A stretch of DNA of 64,000 bases, from IMG/VR virus record IMGVR_UViG_3300016472_000923; one strand, given 5' to 3'. The notes beneath the pieces are model-generated. The model was not told the DNA's origin and made no database searches. It saw nothing but the letters and a program-made list of their open reading frames with translations. Shown here in pieces: positions 36,819 to 46,154 of the stretch. The first letter of the stretch is position 1, and every line of letters starts with the position of its first letter. Origin of the DNA: a virus. The position numbers were made by a program, and so were the translations under genes.

Positions 36819-38266
36819 TCCAGTTTTTCATGGGTGAATGGATATCTAGCATCTTTGTAGTAGGCCTTGCGTTTGGTCAGATGCCTTTTTGCAAACTTAC
36901 AAGTCGATGTAATATCCCATATCTGTACGAAGTCTTTATCTTCCGCTTTGCGTATCCCACGGCCAATTGACTGGATAACACGCACAAAAGACTTGCCAGG
37001 CTCAACAAGCACCAGATTAAAAATACGGGGAATGTTAATGCCAACCGCAGCAACTCCATAGGTAGCCACAATGATTTTGTCTGTTGCCTCAGCCACTTCG
37101 TCATAGTGATCTTGTCTTTCTCCAGCCTTGGTAGCACCGGATATGAATACCGCGTTCGGCAATCTATTTACCAACTCCTGGCCCGGGGCGATGCGGTCAA
37201 CCAACACCAAGGTATTGCCGGTCTTGTTGACTTCGGCAATCAGCGTGGCCATGGTATCTAATCTGCCGCTCTCTTCCAACAGGTATTTGAGTTCGCTCTG
37301 ATAGTTGTTGTACTCCACATGGTCTACTAACTGCACGATGTTGACATGGCACTGTGCCAGCACTCCTCGATCCTGCAGTTCAGCAGCCGCCAGGCGCGAT
37401 ACCACAGGTCCCAAGCTCACATGTATGGCCTGGAACTCAAAGTCTTCCTTGGGCACAGTTCCTGTCAAACCCCACCGGATTGGCACTTGCGACATCACGC
37501 CAGTGAGCAAGGTTTTCAATGCATCAGCCTTGGCCATGTGTACTTCGTCCACTATCACACATACCACACCCTCCAAGAACTCCCCGATGGTGATGTCAGC
37601 AGATTGATTCTTGGTATTCTTCAGCAGGACATTAAGGCTCTGCCAAGTGCAGATGGTATGTTGGCGGCCGAACTCTTTCCTGTCCCCAAAGAACACACCG
37701 GTGTCTAGTCCGAGATTGACATAGTCCTTCTCGGTCTGTGTGACCAAGCTCTTGTTAGGCACTATGACGATGCTACGACCATAGGGCGTGACAGCATGAC
37801 TCAAGGCCGCGGTCATCACGGTCTTGCCAGCACCCGTGGCCACTTCTTGTATGCACTGTGGATTGGCCAAGAAGTCATTGATGATCTCGATCTGATAGTC
37901 ACGGAGAGAAACAGGTTCTCCAGCTTGGGGATGCCCTTTGGGCCAAGTGTACTGTGAAAATGTATCCTCTACCACTGGAGTAAATTCAAAAGTGGTGGTA
38001 TACTCTCTCTGGTCATCGAGCTCAACATCATAGTCATATTCTTCCAGCACTGGCAGGATCTCGGGCAACAGGTTCACATAAGTGGATCCACCCAGTTGGA
38101 AAAATGATACCTTGCCGTCCCAGCGTCCTAATCTCACAGCGGGCAGATAGCGAGCGTAAGGTACATCGTACTTGAATTTGTTCACTAGAGCTCGTCTGGC
38201 ATCCAGTTCCAGTCCTTCGATTTTGACATTGACTTCGTCACGGATTATCAAACGGGCTTGTCTCAC
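36806..38266 (-). CDS. uvsW: SF2 DNA helicase UvsW-like
   Basis: LRDYQ, ATGAGKT, DEVH, LTGT and QSIGRGIR motifs. Confidence 0.92.
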   Translation of the reverse strand: MRQARLIIRDEVNVKIEGLELDARRALVNKFKYDVPYARYLPAVRLGRWDGKVSFFQLGGSTYVNLLPEILPVLEEYDYDVELDDQREYTTTFEFTPVVEDTFSQYTWPKGHPQAGEPVSLRDYQIEIINDFLANPQCIQEVATGAGKTVMTAALSHAVTPYGRSIVIVPNKSLVTQTEKDYVNLGLDTGVFFGDRKEFGRQHTICTWQSLNVLLKNTKNQSADITIGEFLEGVVCVIVDEVHMAKADALKTLLTGVMSQVPIRWGLTGTVPKEDFEFQAIHVSLGPVVSRLAAAELQDRGVLAQCHVNIVQLVDHVEYNNYQSELKYLLEESGRLDTMATLIAEVNKTGNTLVLVDRIAPGQELVNRLPNAVFISGATKAGERQDHYDEVAEATDKIIVATYGVAAVGINIPRIFNLVLVEPGKSFVRVIQSIGRGIRKAEDKDFVQIWDITSTCKFAKRHLTKRKAYYKDARYPFTHEKLEWMK

Positions 38267-39075
38267 AGTGTTATTCTTTTAGGATATGTTAAGTTTTGGA
38301 ATCTTGATTCTAGTACCTGCACATCATCAACCACTCCAATTGGAATTATAGCAGACATTTCCCAAGGTTGCCAACCTGTTTGATTCCAATGTTGACACCA
38401 GTCATTTTTGAAGGGCTCAAACCATTGATTGAATCCATCGATGTTTTTTGGTTTGACCATGCCATCAAGATCGATGTGCATCACAGGCTTCAGCCAGATC
38501 CAAGGTTTGGCCAATTCACAGATACGCCGGAGATCGGCCGGTTCTCTGTCACAGAAATATTGATAAGGAGTCTTGCCCAGCTCATGCTGATGTAGGAAAC
38601 ACAGGCCAGGGTATGTTGTTGTTTGAGCGTATTCCAGGAATGATCTGTCAAATGGTTTGATCAAAGGTCCGGCCGCTGGCCCATAGTCAAACCAAACATC
38701 AGTATGGCTGCGATTGTTCTTGTTTTTGTCTTCCAACAAATGGATTATATCATGCGCTTTTAACCAGGTTGCATCTTCTGGATTTTGGCTGAACTGGGAT
38801 ACATAGATGTCATGCAATCGATTCAGATATTGCTGATCATGTAAAAGATCTGGATTGATCTCCTCCGCGGACGCCAACCTACAATCAAGCAAAAGTTCGA
38901 TCAATTCTTGCCGGGATTGTGCGTCTGATTCATAGGGGTTCTCTCTAGCACCAAATCTAAGATCCACATGCCGCAGATGTTTTATGCAACCATGGTAATA
39001 GTGTGCTACGGGGTTGTCAAACAATTTCACTGGTACCTTGAGACCATCTGACCAGGTGATGTAAACTTCGGGCAT
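38263..39075 (-). CDS. Hypothetical protein (paralog of 58043-58987)
   Basis: LNRLH, IHLLE, LGKT and IPIG motifs. Confidence 0.65.
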   Translation of the reverse strand: MPEVYITWSDGLKVPVKLFDNPVAHYYHGCIKHLRHVDLRFGARENPYESDAQSRQELIELLLDCRLASAEEINPDLLHDQQYLNRLHDIYVSQFSQNPEDATWLKAHDIIHLLEDKNKNNRSHTDVWFDYGPAAGPLIKPFDRSFLEYAQTTTYPGLCFLHQHELGKTPYQYFCDREPADLRRICELAKPWIWLKPVMHIDLDGMVKPKNIDGFNQWFEPFKNDWCQHWNQTGWQPWEMSAIIPIGVVDDVQVLESRFQNLTYPKRITL

Positions 39076-39092
39076 GTTGATATTTAATGGTC

Positions 39093-39123
39093 AAAAAAAG
39101 AGGTGCCGTTTTAAGGGCACCTC
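39093..39123 (-). terminator. Rho-independent terminator
   Basis: GAGGTGCC-N8-GGCACCTC followed by T7 on the minus strand. Confidence 0.9.
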
Positions 39124-39128
39124 AGAAA

Positions 39129-39165
39129 CGGATCGCCTAGGAGCTAGACAGTAAACGGCGACCCG
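39129..39165 (-). ncRNA. Candidate 3'-UTR regulatory hairpin/sRNA with anti-leader and anti-SD loop
   Basis: Minus strand: CGGGTCGCC-[GTTTACTGTCTAGCTCCTA]-GGCGATCCG, a 9-bp stem including one G-U pair. Confidence 0.55.
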
Positions 39166-39174
39166 GTACTGCTC

Positions 39175-40203
39175 TTAGCCGTGACGCATACAGGTCGACT
39201 CGGCCAAAGCCTGCCAGTTGTCGCCTATCTTGGTGAGATCGGCCAACTTCAGTGCCATGCGCAAGCTGATCTCTCTCAGCCGGGCATGATTGTCCTGCAT
39301 GAACTGGACGATCTCTTCGCCTTGTTCGGCTGTTAGTTCGTAGTCCTGGAACAAGTCACCTTTGCGGAAGATCTGGCGGATGCGCAGGATCTTGTCGCGG
39401 GTGGTGTCCAGGGTCAAGTCCAGGAAGTGGCACCGACTTTGCAGAGCCTCCAAGTGGTCTTGCAGTTTCTTTGATTTGAGGTGATCAAACTTCAAGTTGG
39501 TGATAAAGATCACTGAACCTTTGAAGTCAAAAGCATCAGGCACACCTTCTCGGCGCAACATCGAGCTGTCAGCGTTCCAGTGGATGCGACGCTTCTTGCC
39601 CGAGTCTAGAGCAGCCTTCAGGATGTTCAGCGCAACATCGTCTAAGAGGATCGAGTCACAGTCGTCGAACACCAGCACATTGCGCGGGTCCGAATTCTTG
39701 TAGAGAGTGCAGTACAGTCCAATGGGCGTCATTGCCCCCTTGATCACCTGGTACTTGATCTTCTTGCCGGAGATCTGATCAAACATGCCAGCCTTCTCCA
39801 GCTGATACTCCACGCCGTAGGATTTGCCTACTCCGGGAGGGCCCACCACGATCATGGCACGGATGTCGCCTGAGATAGCGGCTTTGGTCATGTCGTCCAG
39901 GATGTTGAATCTCTTTTCGATTCGATCCATGACCTGCTCGTCGGTCTCTGCTTCGGGAGCAGTCTTGAACTCTACTACATTGTCAGGCTTTGACACAGGC
40001 TTGTCTCCTACGAATTTGATGTCATCGATAGAACTCACACGAACTCGGATCTGCTCCGGCATGCCCGGGAACACGCCATTGTTGGCTACCACTACATTGC
40101 CGCCTTTGGCGTCAGTTTGGAAGTCACGGACTAGGGGAAAAGTCATGCCCGAAACTGGTTGATTGCGATATGTCCCGTTCAGGATCTGTACTTGAGTAGT
40201 CAT
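39175..40203 (-). CDS. AAA+ ATPase (early)
   Basis: GPPGVGKS Walker A, LVFDDCD Walker B, FITN and ALQSR motifs. Start MTTQVQ with SD TAGGAG (track start 40233). Confidence 0.85.
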   Translation of the reverse strand: MTTQVQILNGTYRNQPVSGMTFPLVRDFQTDAKGGNVVVANNGVFPGMPEQIRVRVSSIDDIKFVGDKPVSKPDNVVEFKTAPEAETDEQVMDRIEKRFNILDDMTKAAISGDIRAMIVVGPPGVGKSYGVEYQLEKAGMFDQISGKKIKYQVIKGAMTPIGLYCTLYKNSDPRNVLVFDDCDSILLDDVALNILKAALDSGKKRRIHWNADSSMLRREGVPDAFDFKGSVIFITNLKFDHLKSKKLQDHLEALQSRCHFLDLTLDTTRDKILRIRQIFRKGDLFQDYELTAEQGEEIVQFMQDNHARLREISLRMALKLADLTKIGDNWQALAESTCMRHG

Positions 40204-40235
40204 TGCTACGCTCCTATTTTGTTTACTATACAAAT

Positions 40236-40264
40236 ATTATACGATTTATTGTTTTTTTGGTCAA
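40236..40264 (-). promoter_or_regulatory. Early promoter GGTTGACC-N17-TATAAT
   Basis: Same family as the promoters at 2.6-4.2 kb. Confidence 0.8.
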
Positions 40265-40386
40265 CCGCCGCTAAACACTAGGTTAGTAAGCACTTACCAA
40301 CAGATCCATAGACCCGGACTTAGGTTTTTACGCCCTAAAAACGGGCTACCCTGGATCTCTGCCGGGGGCGGAGAATGTCTTTCAAT
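40265..40386 (-). ncRNA. Candidate structured RNA or leader between two tandem early promoters
   Basis: Nested stems AGATCCA/TGGATCT, GCCCG/CGGGT and GTTTTTA/TAAAAAC, plus palindrome GTTGGTAAG-TG-CTTACTAAC; no convincing ORF with an RBS. Confidence 0.4.
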
Positions 40387-40392
40387 GTTGTA

Positions 40393-40421
40393 AGTGTACA
40401 GAAATAGGGTTTTTTGGTCAA
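40393..40421 (-). promoter_or_regulatory. Early promoter GGTTGACC-N17-TACACT
   Basis: Same family; the -35 element overlaps the upstream stop codon. Confidence 0.65.
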
Positions 40422-41140
40422 CCCCAGTGTTCTAGGATAGACCGTTCCTGCACTTCATGCGGCTTGGGACTGCCGTGGAAAATTATCACGGAAGAGTCCT
40501 TGGGGATATTTGCACCCGCTCCGGGTTGGCGGTGTGCTCGTCTTTGATTGTCCCACCCGCCATCTTTGATCTGCCACCGATAACTCAGTACCCGATGCTG
40601 ATCTAAAAAGCCGATCTGGTCCCGGGGCAACACTGAGTTTAGATAGTCTTGATCTCCAGAGAATCGTTTGATCATGGCATTGCGATCTTGTTTGAGCCAG
40701 CCATCCCAGATCCAATGGAATCTCGCAGGGTCCCAATACATGATACTGGAATTGATTTCTTGCCTGTCAGATCGCCAGAGGTAACGGAAATCACGCACTG
40801 CCCAAAAACGGTCCAAGGGCAGGTCCATGATCCAATCTATGTTGTTGACAATGACAGTGTCAAGATCAAAAAATAGCAGCGGCGCCTCCACCATGTTCTT
40901 AGAGTTGAACATCTGCATCTTATACCACCATGATTTCCGAGGACCGGAAACTCCTGGCCACTCGGTCAGCTCATGTTTTATGTAATCACCGGGCACGGAT
41001 CTACGAGCTTCTGTCCACACATGCAATCGGATATCTCTGGTACAACAACGATCCAGCATGCGACGGAGATTTTCTACATAACGCCAGTCGTACTTGTCTC
41101 CGTGGATGACACAGGCACAATCGATCAATGTATGACTCAT
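40418..41140 (-). CDS. GT-A glycosyltransferase (GT8-like)
   Basis: WWYKMQMF, FFDLD, NSSIM, GDQ and FHGSPKP motifs. Confidence 0.8.
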   Translation of the reverse strand: MSHTLIDCACVIHGDKYDWRYVENLRRMLDRCCTRDIRLHVWTEARRSVPGDYIKHELTEWPGVSGPRKSWWYKMQMFNSKNMVEAPLLFFDLDTVIVNNIDWIMDLPLDRFWAVRDFRYLWRSDRQEINSSIMYWDPARFHWIWDGWLKQDRNAMIKRFSGDQDYLNSVLPRDQIGFLDQHRVLSYRWQIKDGGWDNQRRAHRQPGAGANIPKDSSVIIFHGSPKPHEVQERSILEHWG

Positions 41141-41982
41141 AACTTATTGGCCAATCTCGTCAACCAAAGTCCCTGTGCTAATTCTTCCAGGGTGTATTCC
41201 GTGTGACATATTTCTATAAACCATTGCTCTCTGTCTTTTGTTGGCACACCATTGATATGTTCCATACTTATCGACACCGGCCAAGCCAGGCTAGATCTGT
41301 CAACTATCACGGGTGTTTGGCAAATGGCCGCTTGTATGCCCGGTCCACTGTTGTGATTGACCACTGCATGACATGAATAATCTATGTCAAAATCATCGTA
41401 GGTATTGGGTCGTTGCCTAGGTGCCTGTATCTTGACTCCAGCAGGAACAGTGAGATTCTTCAGTGGTGACCTTGGATGAGATCTGATCACTATAGGGCGA
41501 TCTGTATGACTGCGGATTTGTTGTATCTTGTGTTGTACCCATATCTCTGGTGTGTCTTGTCCTGCCCACTGTAGACTGGCACGATGTTGGCAAGCGATCA
41601 ATATGTGGTCTGCTCGATTCTTTGGATGGGCAAGTTGCACACCTAACTTGTTGGGCCTATCCATGTCAAGATCATGTTGATGTCCATAATATCCCAAGGC
41701 ATTGACATTGTCGATGGCCACTTTCCAAGTCCGGCCTCGATGCAGAGATCCCACATCGATCACGATCACGGGCCGCCCTTGTGCTGTGTAATGTTCAAAC
41801 ACAGGTCGATTAGCAGACATCCGACCCGACCAGAGCACAGACCAGATCAAGGCTGCATCGCAGTCTAGATTATTTTCAATGGCTTTGATTCCTGCCTGGT
41901 TGAGAGAAGACAGCAAAGCCGACATCACTGGGGGTGCGTTCCTGGCGGCCTGAGAAGGAAAATATGCTATGTTTTTGACCAT
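41137..41982 (-). CDS. Capsule-biosynthesis (KpsS/KpsC-like) GT-B protein, paralog 1
   Basis: ILIACQ, IRSHPR, NHNS..IQAAI..PV and REQW..EYT.EE..G motifs. Confidence 0.65.
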   Translation of the reverse strand: MVKNIAYFPSQAARNAPPVMSALLSSLNQAGIKAIENNLDCDAALIWSVLWSGRMSANRPVFEHYTAQGRPVIVIDVGSLHRGRTWKVAIDNVNALGYYGHQHDLDMDRPNKLGVQLAHPKNRADHILIACQHRASLQWAGQDTPEIWVQHKIQQIRSHTDRPIVIRSHPRSPLKNLTVPAGVKIQAPRQRPNTYDDFDIDYSCHAVVNHNSGPGIQAAICQTPVIVDRSSLAWPVSISMEHINGVPTKDREQWFIEICHTEYTLEELAQGLWLTRLANKL

Positions 41983-41991
41983 AAATATCGC

Positions 41992-42807
41992 GTGAAGTAT
42001 ACCGTAATTACCACTTTCAACCAGGCTGGTCTAGATACCTACGGTCAGCGGATGATCGATAGTTTTGAAAAATTTTGGCCGTCGGACGTTCAACTCATGG
42101 TATGTACTGAGCATTGCACACCCAAGATCACCCGCTCAAATGTCAGCAGCGTAGATCTCGTAGAACAAAGCCCCATGTTGAGAGATTTTTTGCATCGCCA
42201 TGCCAAAAACGATTTGGCTCATGGCCGTGCCGGCCCACCTGGCATATTTGATCCAAAAAAACAGTTCCGTTGGGACGCAGTAAGATTCAGTTACAAAGTC
42301 TTTAGTGTTGCGTTGTGTGCAGGCCTGATTGATTCTGGTTGGATGATCTGGTTGGACGCTGACAGCCATACACACAGTGAGGTGACCCTCTCGTGGCTCG
42401 ATGCCATTTGTCCTGGCAATGCAATGATATCATATCTAGGTCGCGGTGAACGATATCACAGCGAGTGTGGTTGGGTTGGTTACAATCTTGATCATTCAAT
42501 GACCAGGGATTTTATCAGCGATTTTGTTGGAATGTATGAAACAGACAAGATATTCGATAATCCGGAGTGGCATGATAGTTACATATGGGACATTGTCCGC
42601 AGGAAATATCATCAACAAAATGTCTTCCATAATCTAAATCATGACCAAAATACCAAACTGGCCGGGCATCCTTTTATCAACAGTGTATTGGGCACATGCA
42701 TGGATCATGCCAAAGGATCTCGTAAATCGCAAGGCAGGAGCATGTCCAAAGACATCAAACAACATCTCGATCATCCCTACTGGAAAAAGATCGTGACCAA
42801 CGGATAA
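41992..42807 (+). CDS. Glycosyltransferase (GT-A)
   Basis: DAVRFSYKV, WLDAD, SECG, EWHDSY and DHAKG motifs. Confidence 0.7.
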   Translation: MKYTVITTFNQAGLDTYGQRMIDSFEKFWPSDVQLMVCTEHCTPKITRSNVSSVDLVEQSPMLRDFLHRHAKNDLAHGRAGPPGIFDPKKQFRWDAVRFSYKVFSVALCAGLIDSGWMIWLDADSHTHSEVTLSWLDAICPGNAMISYLGRGERYHSECGWVGYNLDHSMTRDFISDFVGMYETDKIFDNPEWHDSYIWDIVRRKYHQQNVFHNLNHDQNTKLAGHPFINSVLGTCMDHAKGSRKSQGRSMSKDIKQHLDHPYWKKIVTNG

Positions 42808-42809
42808 TC

Positions 42810-43460
42810 ATGTACCAAGCACACGGATGGTGGTTTCCAGACCAAGACACCCATTTCGCCGAAATGCTGACTAAGCATGTCAACAAAGGTGGTGAGGCTG
42901 TTTATCAACACAAGGTACGCCGGATCAGCATTGATCGTTGCTCACGGAAAAATCTAGCCCTAGACATAGGAGCCAATGTCGGACTGTGGAGCAAAGATCT
43001 CTGCGCTGAATTCGCAAATGTAGTGGCCTTTGAGCCCGTGGTCGAATTCAGTCAGTGTCTTCGTCAAAATGTTCCTGCTACCAATCTTGAACTATTGGGT
43101 CTTGCCCTGGGAGATTGCAACACCATGGTGGACATGATTATAACTGAGGGCAATACCGGGCATACACATGTAGACACAGCATCCTACGGCCAGGGCACGG
43201 TGCACATGGTCACTTTAGACTCTTTGGAGTTTCCAGAGATAGATTACATCAAGATCGATTGCGAAGGATTTGAGAACAAAATATTAAGAGGTGCAGAAGC
43301 CACGATTAAAAAATATCGTCCAATCATCGTGATAGAAGATAAAAAGCATAGTGATGTGGGACACGGTGATACCACAGGGGCCTTGCAAACCTTGCAAAAC
43401 TGGGGCGCTGTCATACTACATACGGTAAACAATGATCATGTCATGGGTTGGTGTCGATGA
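42810..43460 (+). CDS. FkbM-family methyltransferase
   Basis: LDIGANVG, FEP and IKIDCEGFE..GA motifs. Confidence 0.9.
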   Translation: MYQAHGWWFPDQDTHFAEMLTKHVNKGGEAVYQHKVRRISIDRCSRKNLALDIGANVGLWSKDLCAEFANVVAFEPVVEFSQCLRQNVPATNLELLGLALGDCNTMVDMIITEGNTGHTHVDTASYGQGTVHMVTLDSLEFPEIDYIKIDCEGFENKILRGAEATIKKYRPIIVIEDKKHSDVGHGDTTGALQTLQNWGAVILHTVNNDHVMGWCR

Positions 43461-44515
43461 AATATTTGCTGAATCTCGAACAGATAGTACAACCTCTCGC
43501 AAGACGCATGCTGAAACGCCGCCTGTGCCGATTTCCGCAAACCGCTTTCCGCACGCAAGAATACATCGACAAACACAAAAAGAAGTTTGCTAAAACTCAG
43601 GTATTGTCTGTTGATTTTGGTGAAGTAAACACTTTGCTGAAATCAGACATAGAATCTTATTACCACAATATAGTCAAGCACTACAAAAAATGGTACAGGC
43701 CTCTGTGCCGATGGCTGGCTGATAACTCAAGCCGGTTGCCAAAGAATCGTGGCATAGATATTGCTGCCATCAATTGCATGGCCAAAGATCTTGCCTGCCA
43801 ATTGGATGACCGGGCTGAGATGTATACAAATGCAGCGCAGGTGTTTGATACGGACAGCGTGGTGATCCATGGCAATCAGCATATTGAGTTGTTGCTGCAC
43901 CGGCAAAGGACTAAACAGGATTTTTGGTTTATAGATGCCGGTTACACCAATTTCATAACAAAAGGCAAAAAATACCACAGGCTGGTGCGCAACCATCTCC
44001 ATCACGATGTTCAACAGCGCAATTTCCCTGCAGATCGTTTGAGTCAGCTGGATAGTCTGCCACGGCCATGGCGCACATCAGGAGAACGAATAGTAGTGGT
44101 ATTGGCCAGCGATCGACACTATGCTTTGCACGATACCACAGTAGATCAATGGAGGCTGGATATCAAGCAAAAAATCCGGAAGCATACAAACAGGCCGCTA
44201 GAGTTCCGAATCAAAGACAACAATCGCAAGACCCGCTCGAGCTTGTACGACGATCTCAAGAATGATCAGGATGTGTACTGTGTAATCTCTGACAGCAGTG
44301 CTGCGGCCATAGAGGCCATATGGCTGGGCATTCCTATCATCACCTTGCACACTCACATCACGCAACCTGTGGCGCGGACCAGGATTGAAGATATCAATGA
44401 TCTCTATCGTGGCGGCCTTGGTGATTGGTTGTGTGCGCTGACCTACAGTCAGTTTACAGAAACAGAAATACAACAAGGACTGGCACTAGACATCATCCAG
44501 AGATATCATGCATGA
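43448..44515 (+). CDS. KpsS/KpsC-like GT-B protein, paralog 2
   Basis: FIDAGY, SSAAAIEAIWLGIP and WLCALTYSQFT.EI..G motifs. Confidence 0.6.
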   Translation: MVSMKYLLNLEQIVQPLARRMLKRRLCRFPQTAFRTQEYIDKHKKKFAKTQVLSVDFGEVNTLLKSDIESYYHNIVKHYKKWYRPLCRWLADNSSRLPKNRGIDIAAINCMAKDLACQLDDRAEMYTNAAQVFDTDSVVIHGNQHIELLLHRQRTKQDFWFIDAGYTNFITKGKKYHRLVRNHLHHDVQQRNFPADRLSQLDSLPRPWRTSGERIVVVLASDRHYALHDTTVDQWRLDIKQKIRKHTNRPLEFRIKDNNRKTRSSLYDDLKNDQDVYCVISDSSAAAIEAIWLGIPIITLHTHITQPVARTRIEDINDLYRGGLGDWLCALTYSQFTETEIQQGLALDIIQRYHA

Positions 44516-45407
44516 TGTAGTAGTCTACATGTCCAGCCTACCAAAGATTGCCGACCACGACCGCAAGGCACAGGTACTACGGGCTTTTGAAGCAGGAGCC
44601 CGATCGCAGGGTGCGTCGGTTGTGTTACAACATGAGCGCAGAGTACTTCCTTGCCGACTGGCAGTGATCCTAGGGTGGGTAGGCAAAAGTATCAAAGGGC
44701 CACACATACAATTGCGACAAGATGTCATCACCCAACAAGCACAGAGAGGTCATCGAGTCATGCCCATAGATGGAAGTTGCTTTAAGTTTGCGGATTTGCA
44801 CAACAGATTTCTTAGATACAGTCTGGACGGGGTCTATTATAACGCCAACATCTATGCAAACAAAAACAGTGGGCCGGAAAAATGGCAGCATATAAGTCAC
44901 GAACTGGGATTACGGTGCGCACCCTGGCGTGCCACAGGAGATCACATCCTGGTGTGCTTGCAACGCGATGGTGGGTGGTCTATGAAGGGCACAGACATGT
45001 GGGCTTGGACTCAACAAACAGTACGCAAGATACGGGCTGTGACTCGTCGTCCCATCTTGATTCGACCTCATCCAAAAAATCCCATCGATATGAATGCTCT
45101 GAGAGATCTGCCAGGAGTAAAACTGAATCCCGAAGGTAGTACCATACAGGACGATCTATCAGGTGCATGGGCAGCGGTGTTCTTCAACAGTTCGGCCAGC
45201 GTGGCTGCTGTTTTGCAAGGCATTCCAATATTTGTAGCAGACAACGATTGCGTGTCATGGTCTGTGGCCAATCATGATATTGCCAACGTTGAAGCGCCAG
45301 CAACACCTGACAGAGAACAATGGCTTTGGGACCTTTCAGCTGCTCACTGGACTGATCAGCAAAGCCGGTCGGGTGAGATTTACAGACACTTCTTATCTTT
45401 CATTTAG
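44508..45407 (+). CDS. KpsS/KpsC-like GT-B protein, paralog 3
   Basis: ILVCLQ, IRPHPK, FNSSASVAAVLQGIP and REQWL motifs. Confidence 0.65.
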   Translation: MHDVVVYMSSLPKIADHDRKAQVLRAFEAGARSQGASVVLQHERRVLPCRLAVILGWVGKSIKGPHIQLRQDVITQQAQRGHRVMPIDGSCFKFADLHNRFLRYSLDGVYYNANIYANKNSGPEKWQHISHELGLRCAPWRATGDHILVCLQRDGGWSMKGTDMWAWTQQTVRKIRAVTRRPILIRPHPKNPIDMNALRDLPGVKLNPEGSTIQDDLSGAWAAVFFNSSASVAAVLQGIPIFVADNDCVSWSVANHDIANVEAPATPDREQWLWDLSAAHWTDQQSRSGEIYRHFLSFI

Positions 45408-46154
45408 TATCCGCCAGCATATCCCAAACTGCATTTCTTTCTTGGTAAATTGACAGTAACTGAGATGCCTGAGCCATCTTTGTATTTCATCAGTGTCTAG
45501 ATCTGGCAGTGCATCTATCTGCTGTAGATCCCCGGCCATGGGTGCAGCAGCACTCTCGCCTAAACAAATCACGGGTATTCCATGCATCACAGATTCCACT
45601 GCACAATTGCTGTTGAAAACTACCACAGCGTTGATATCATCTTGTAAGGCATCGACAAAACGATTACTTGTCTGTCTCACATGTCGACTAGCAGGCCTTG
45701 ATCTGATCACTATTTCTCGATCAGTCAGCGACTGGATTTTGGGCACAATATCATCCAGCCATGCCTGAGACGATGCCAACCCAAACTGTGTGCAAACTTT
45801 GTCATCGGGTGGAACAACCATTAGGCGACGACCTCTGGCATAACGAGTGGTATCTAATTGGTATCTTCGGATACGATCATCTCTGCGATCTATGATGGGT
45901 CCAGTGTTCTGATGACAATTTTTGGTCACCCGGAACCAGGCTTTGGTGATGCCATTGCCAATGTAGCCGGTATCGATATAGTACCAATCCAGTCCGTATT
46001 TTTGAGCATGCATGGGTACCATGGACTTGGGTCCAGCCAACACCATGGGCAAAGTCCTGTTGGTCAGGATCTCTTCGGCTGTGGCCATGCGACCACCCAC
46101 GTGATGTAAAAAAGGTAAAACAAAAGATTGATGTCCAAACCCCAACATAGTCAT
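45393..46154 (-). CDS. KpsS/KpsC-like GT-B protein, paralog 4
   Basis: YIDTGY, FNSNCAVESVMHGIP and WLRHLSYCQFT motifs. Confidence 0.6.
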   Translation of the reverse strand: MTMLGFGHQSFVLPFLHHVGGRMATAEEILTNRTLPMVLAGPKSMVPMHAQKYGLDWYYIDTGYIGNGITKAWFRVTKNCHQNTGPIIDRRDDRIRRYQLDTTRYARGRRLMVVPPDDKVCTQFGLASSQAWLDDIVPKIQSLTDREIVIRSRPASRHVRQTSNRFVDALQDDINAVVVFNSNCAVESVMHGIPVICLGESAAAPMAGDLQQIDALPDLDTDEIQRWLRHLSYCQFTKKEMQFGICWRILNER

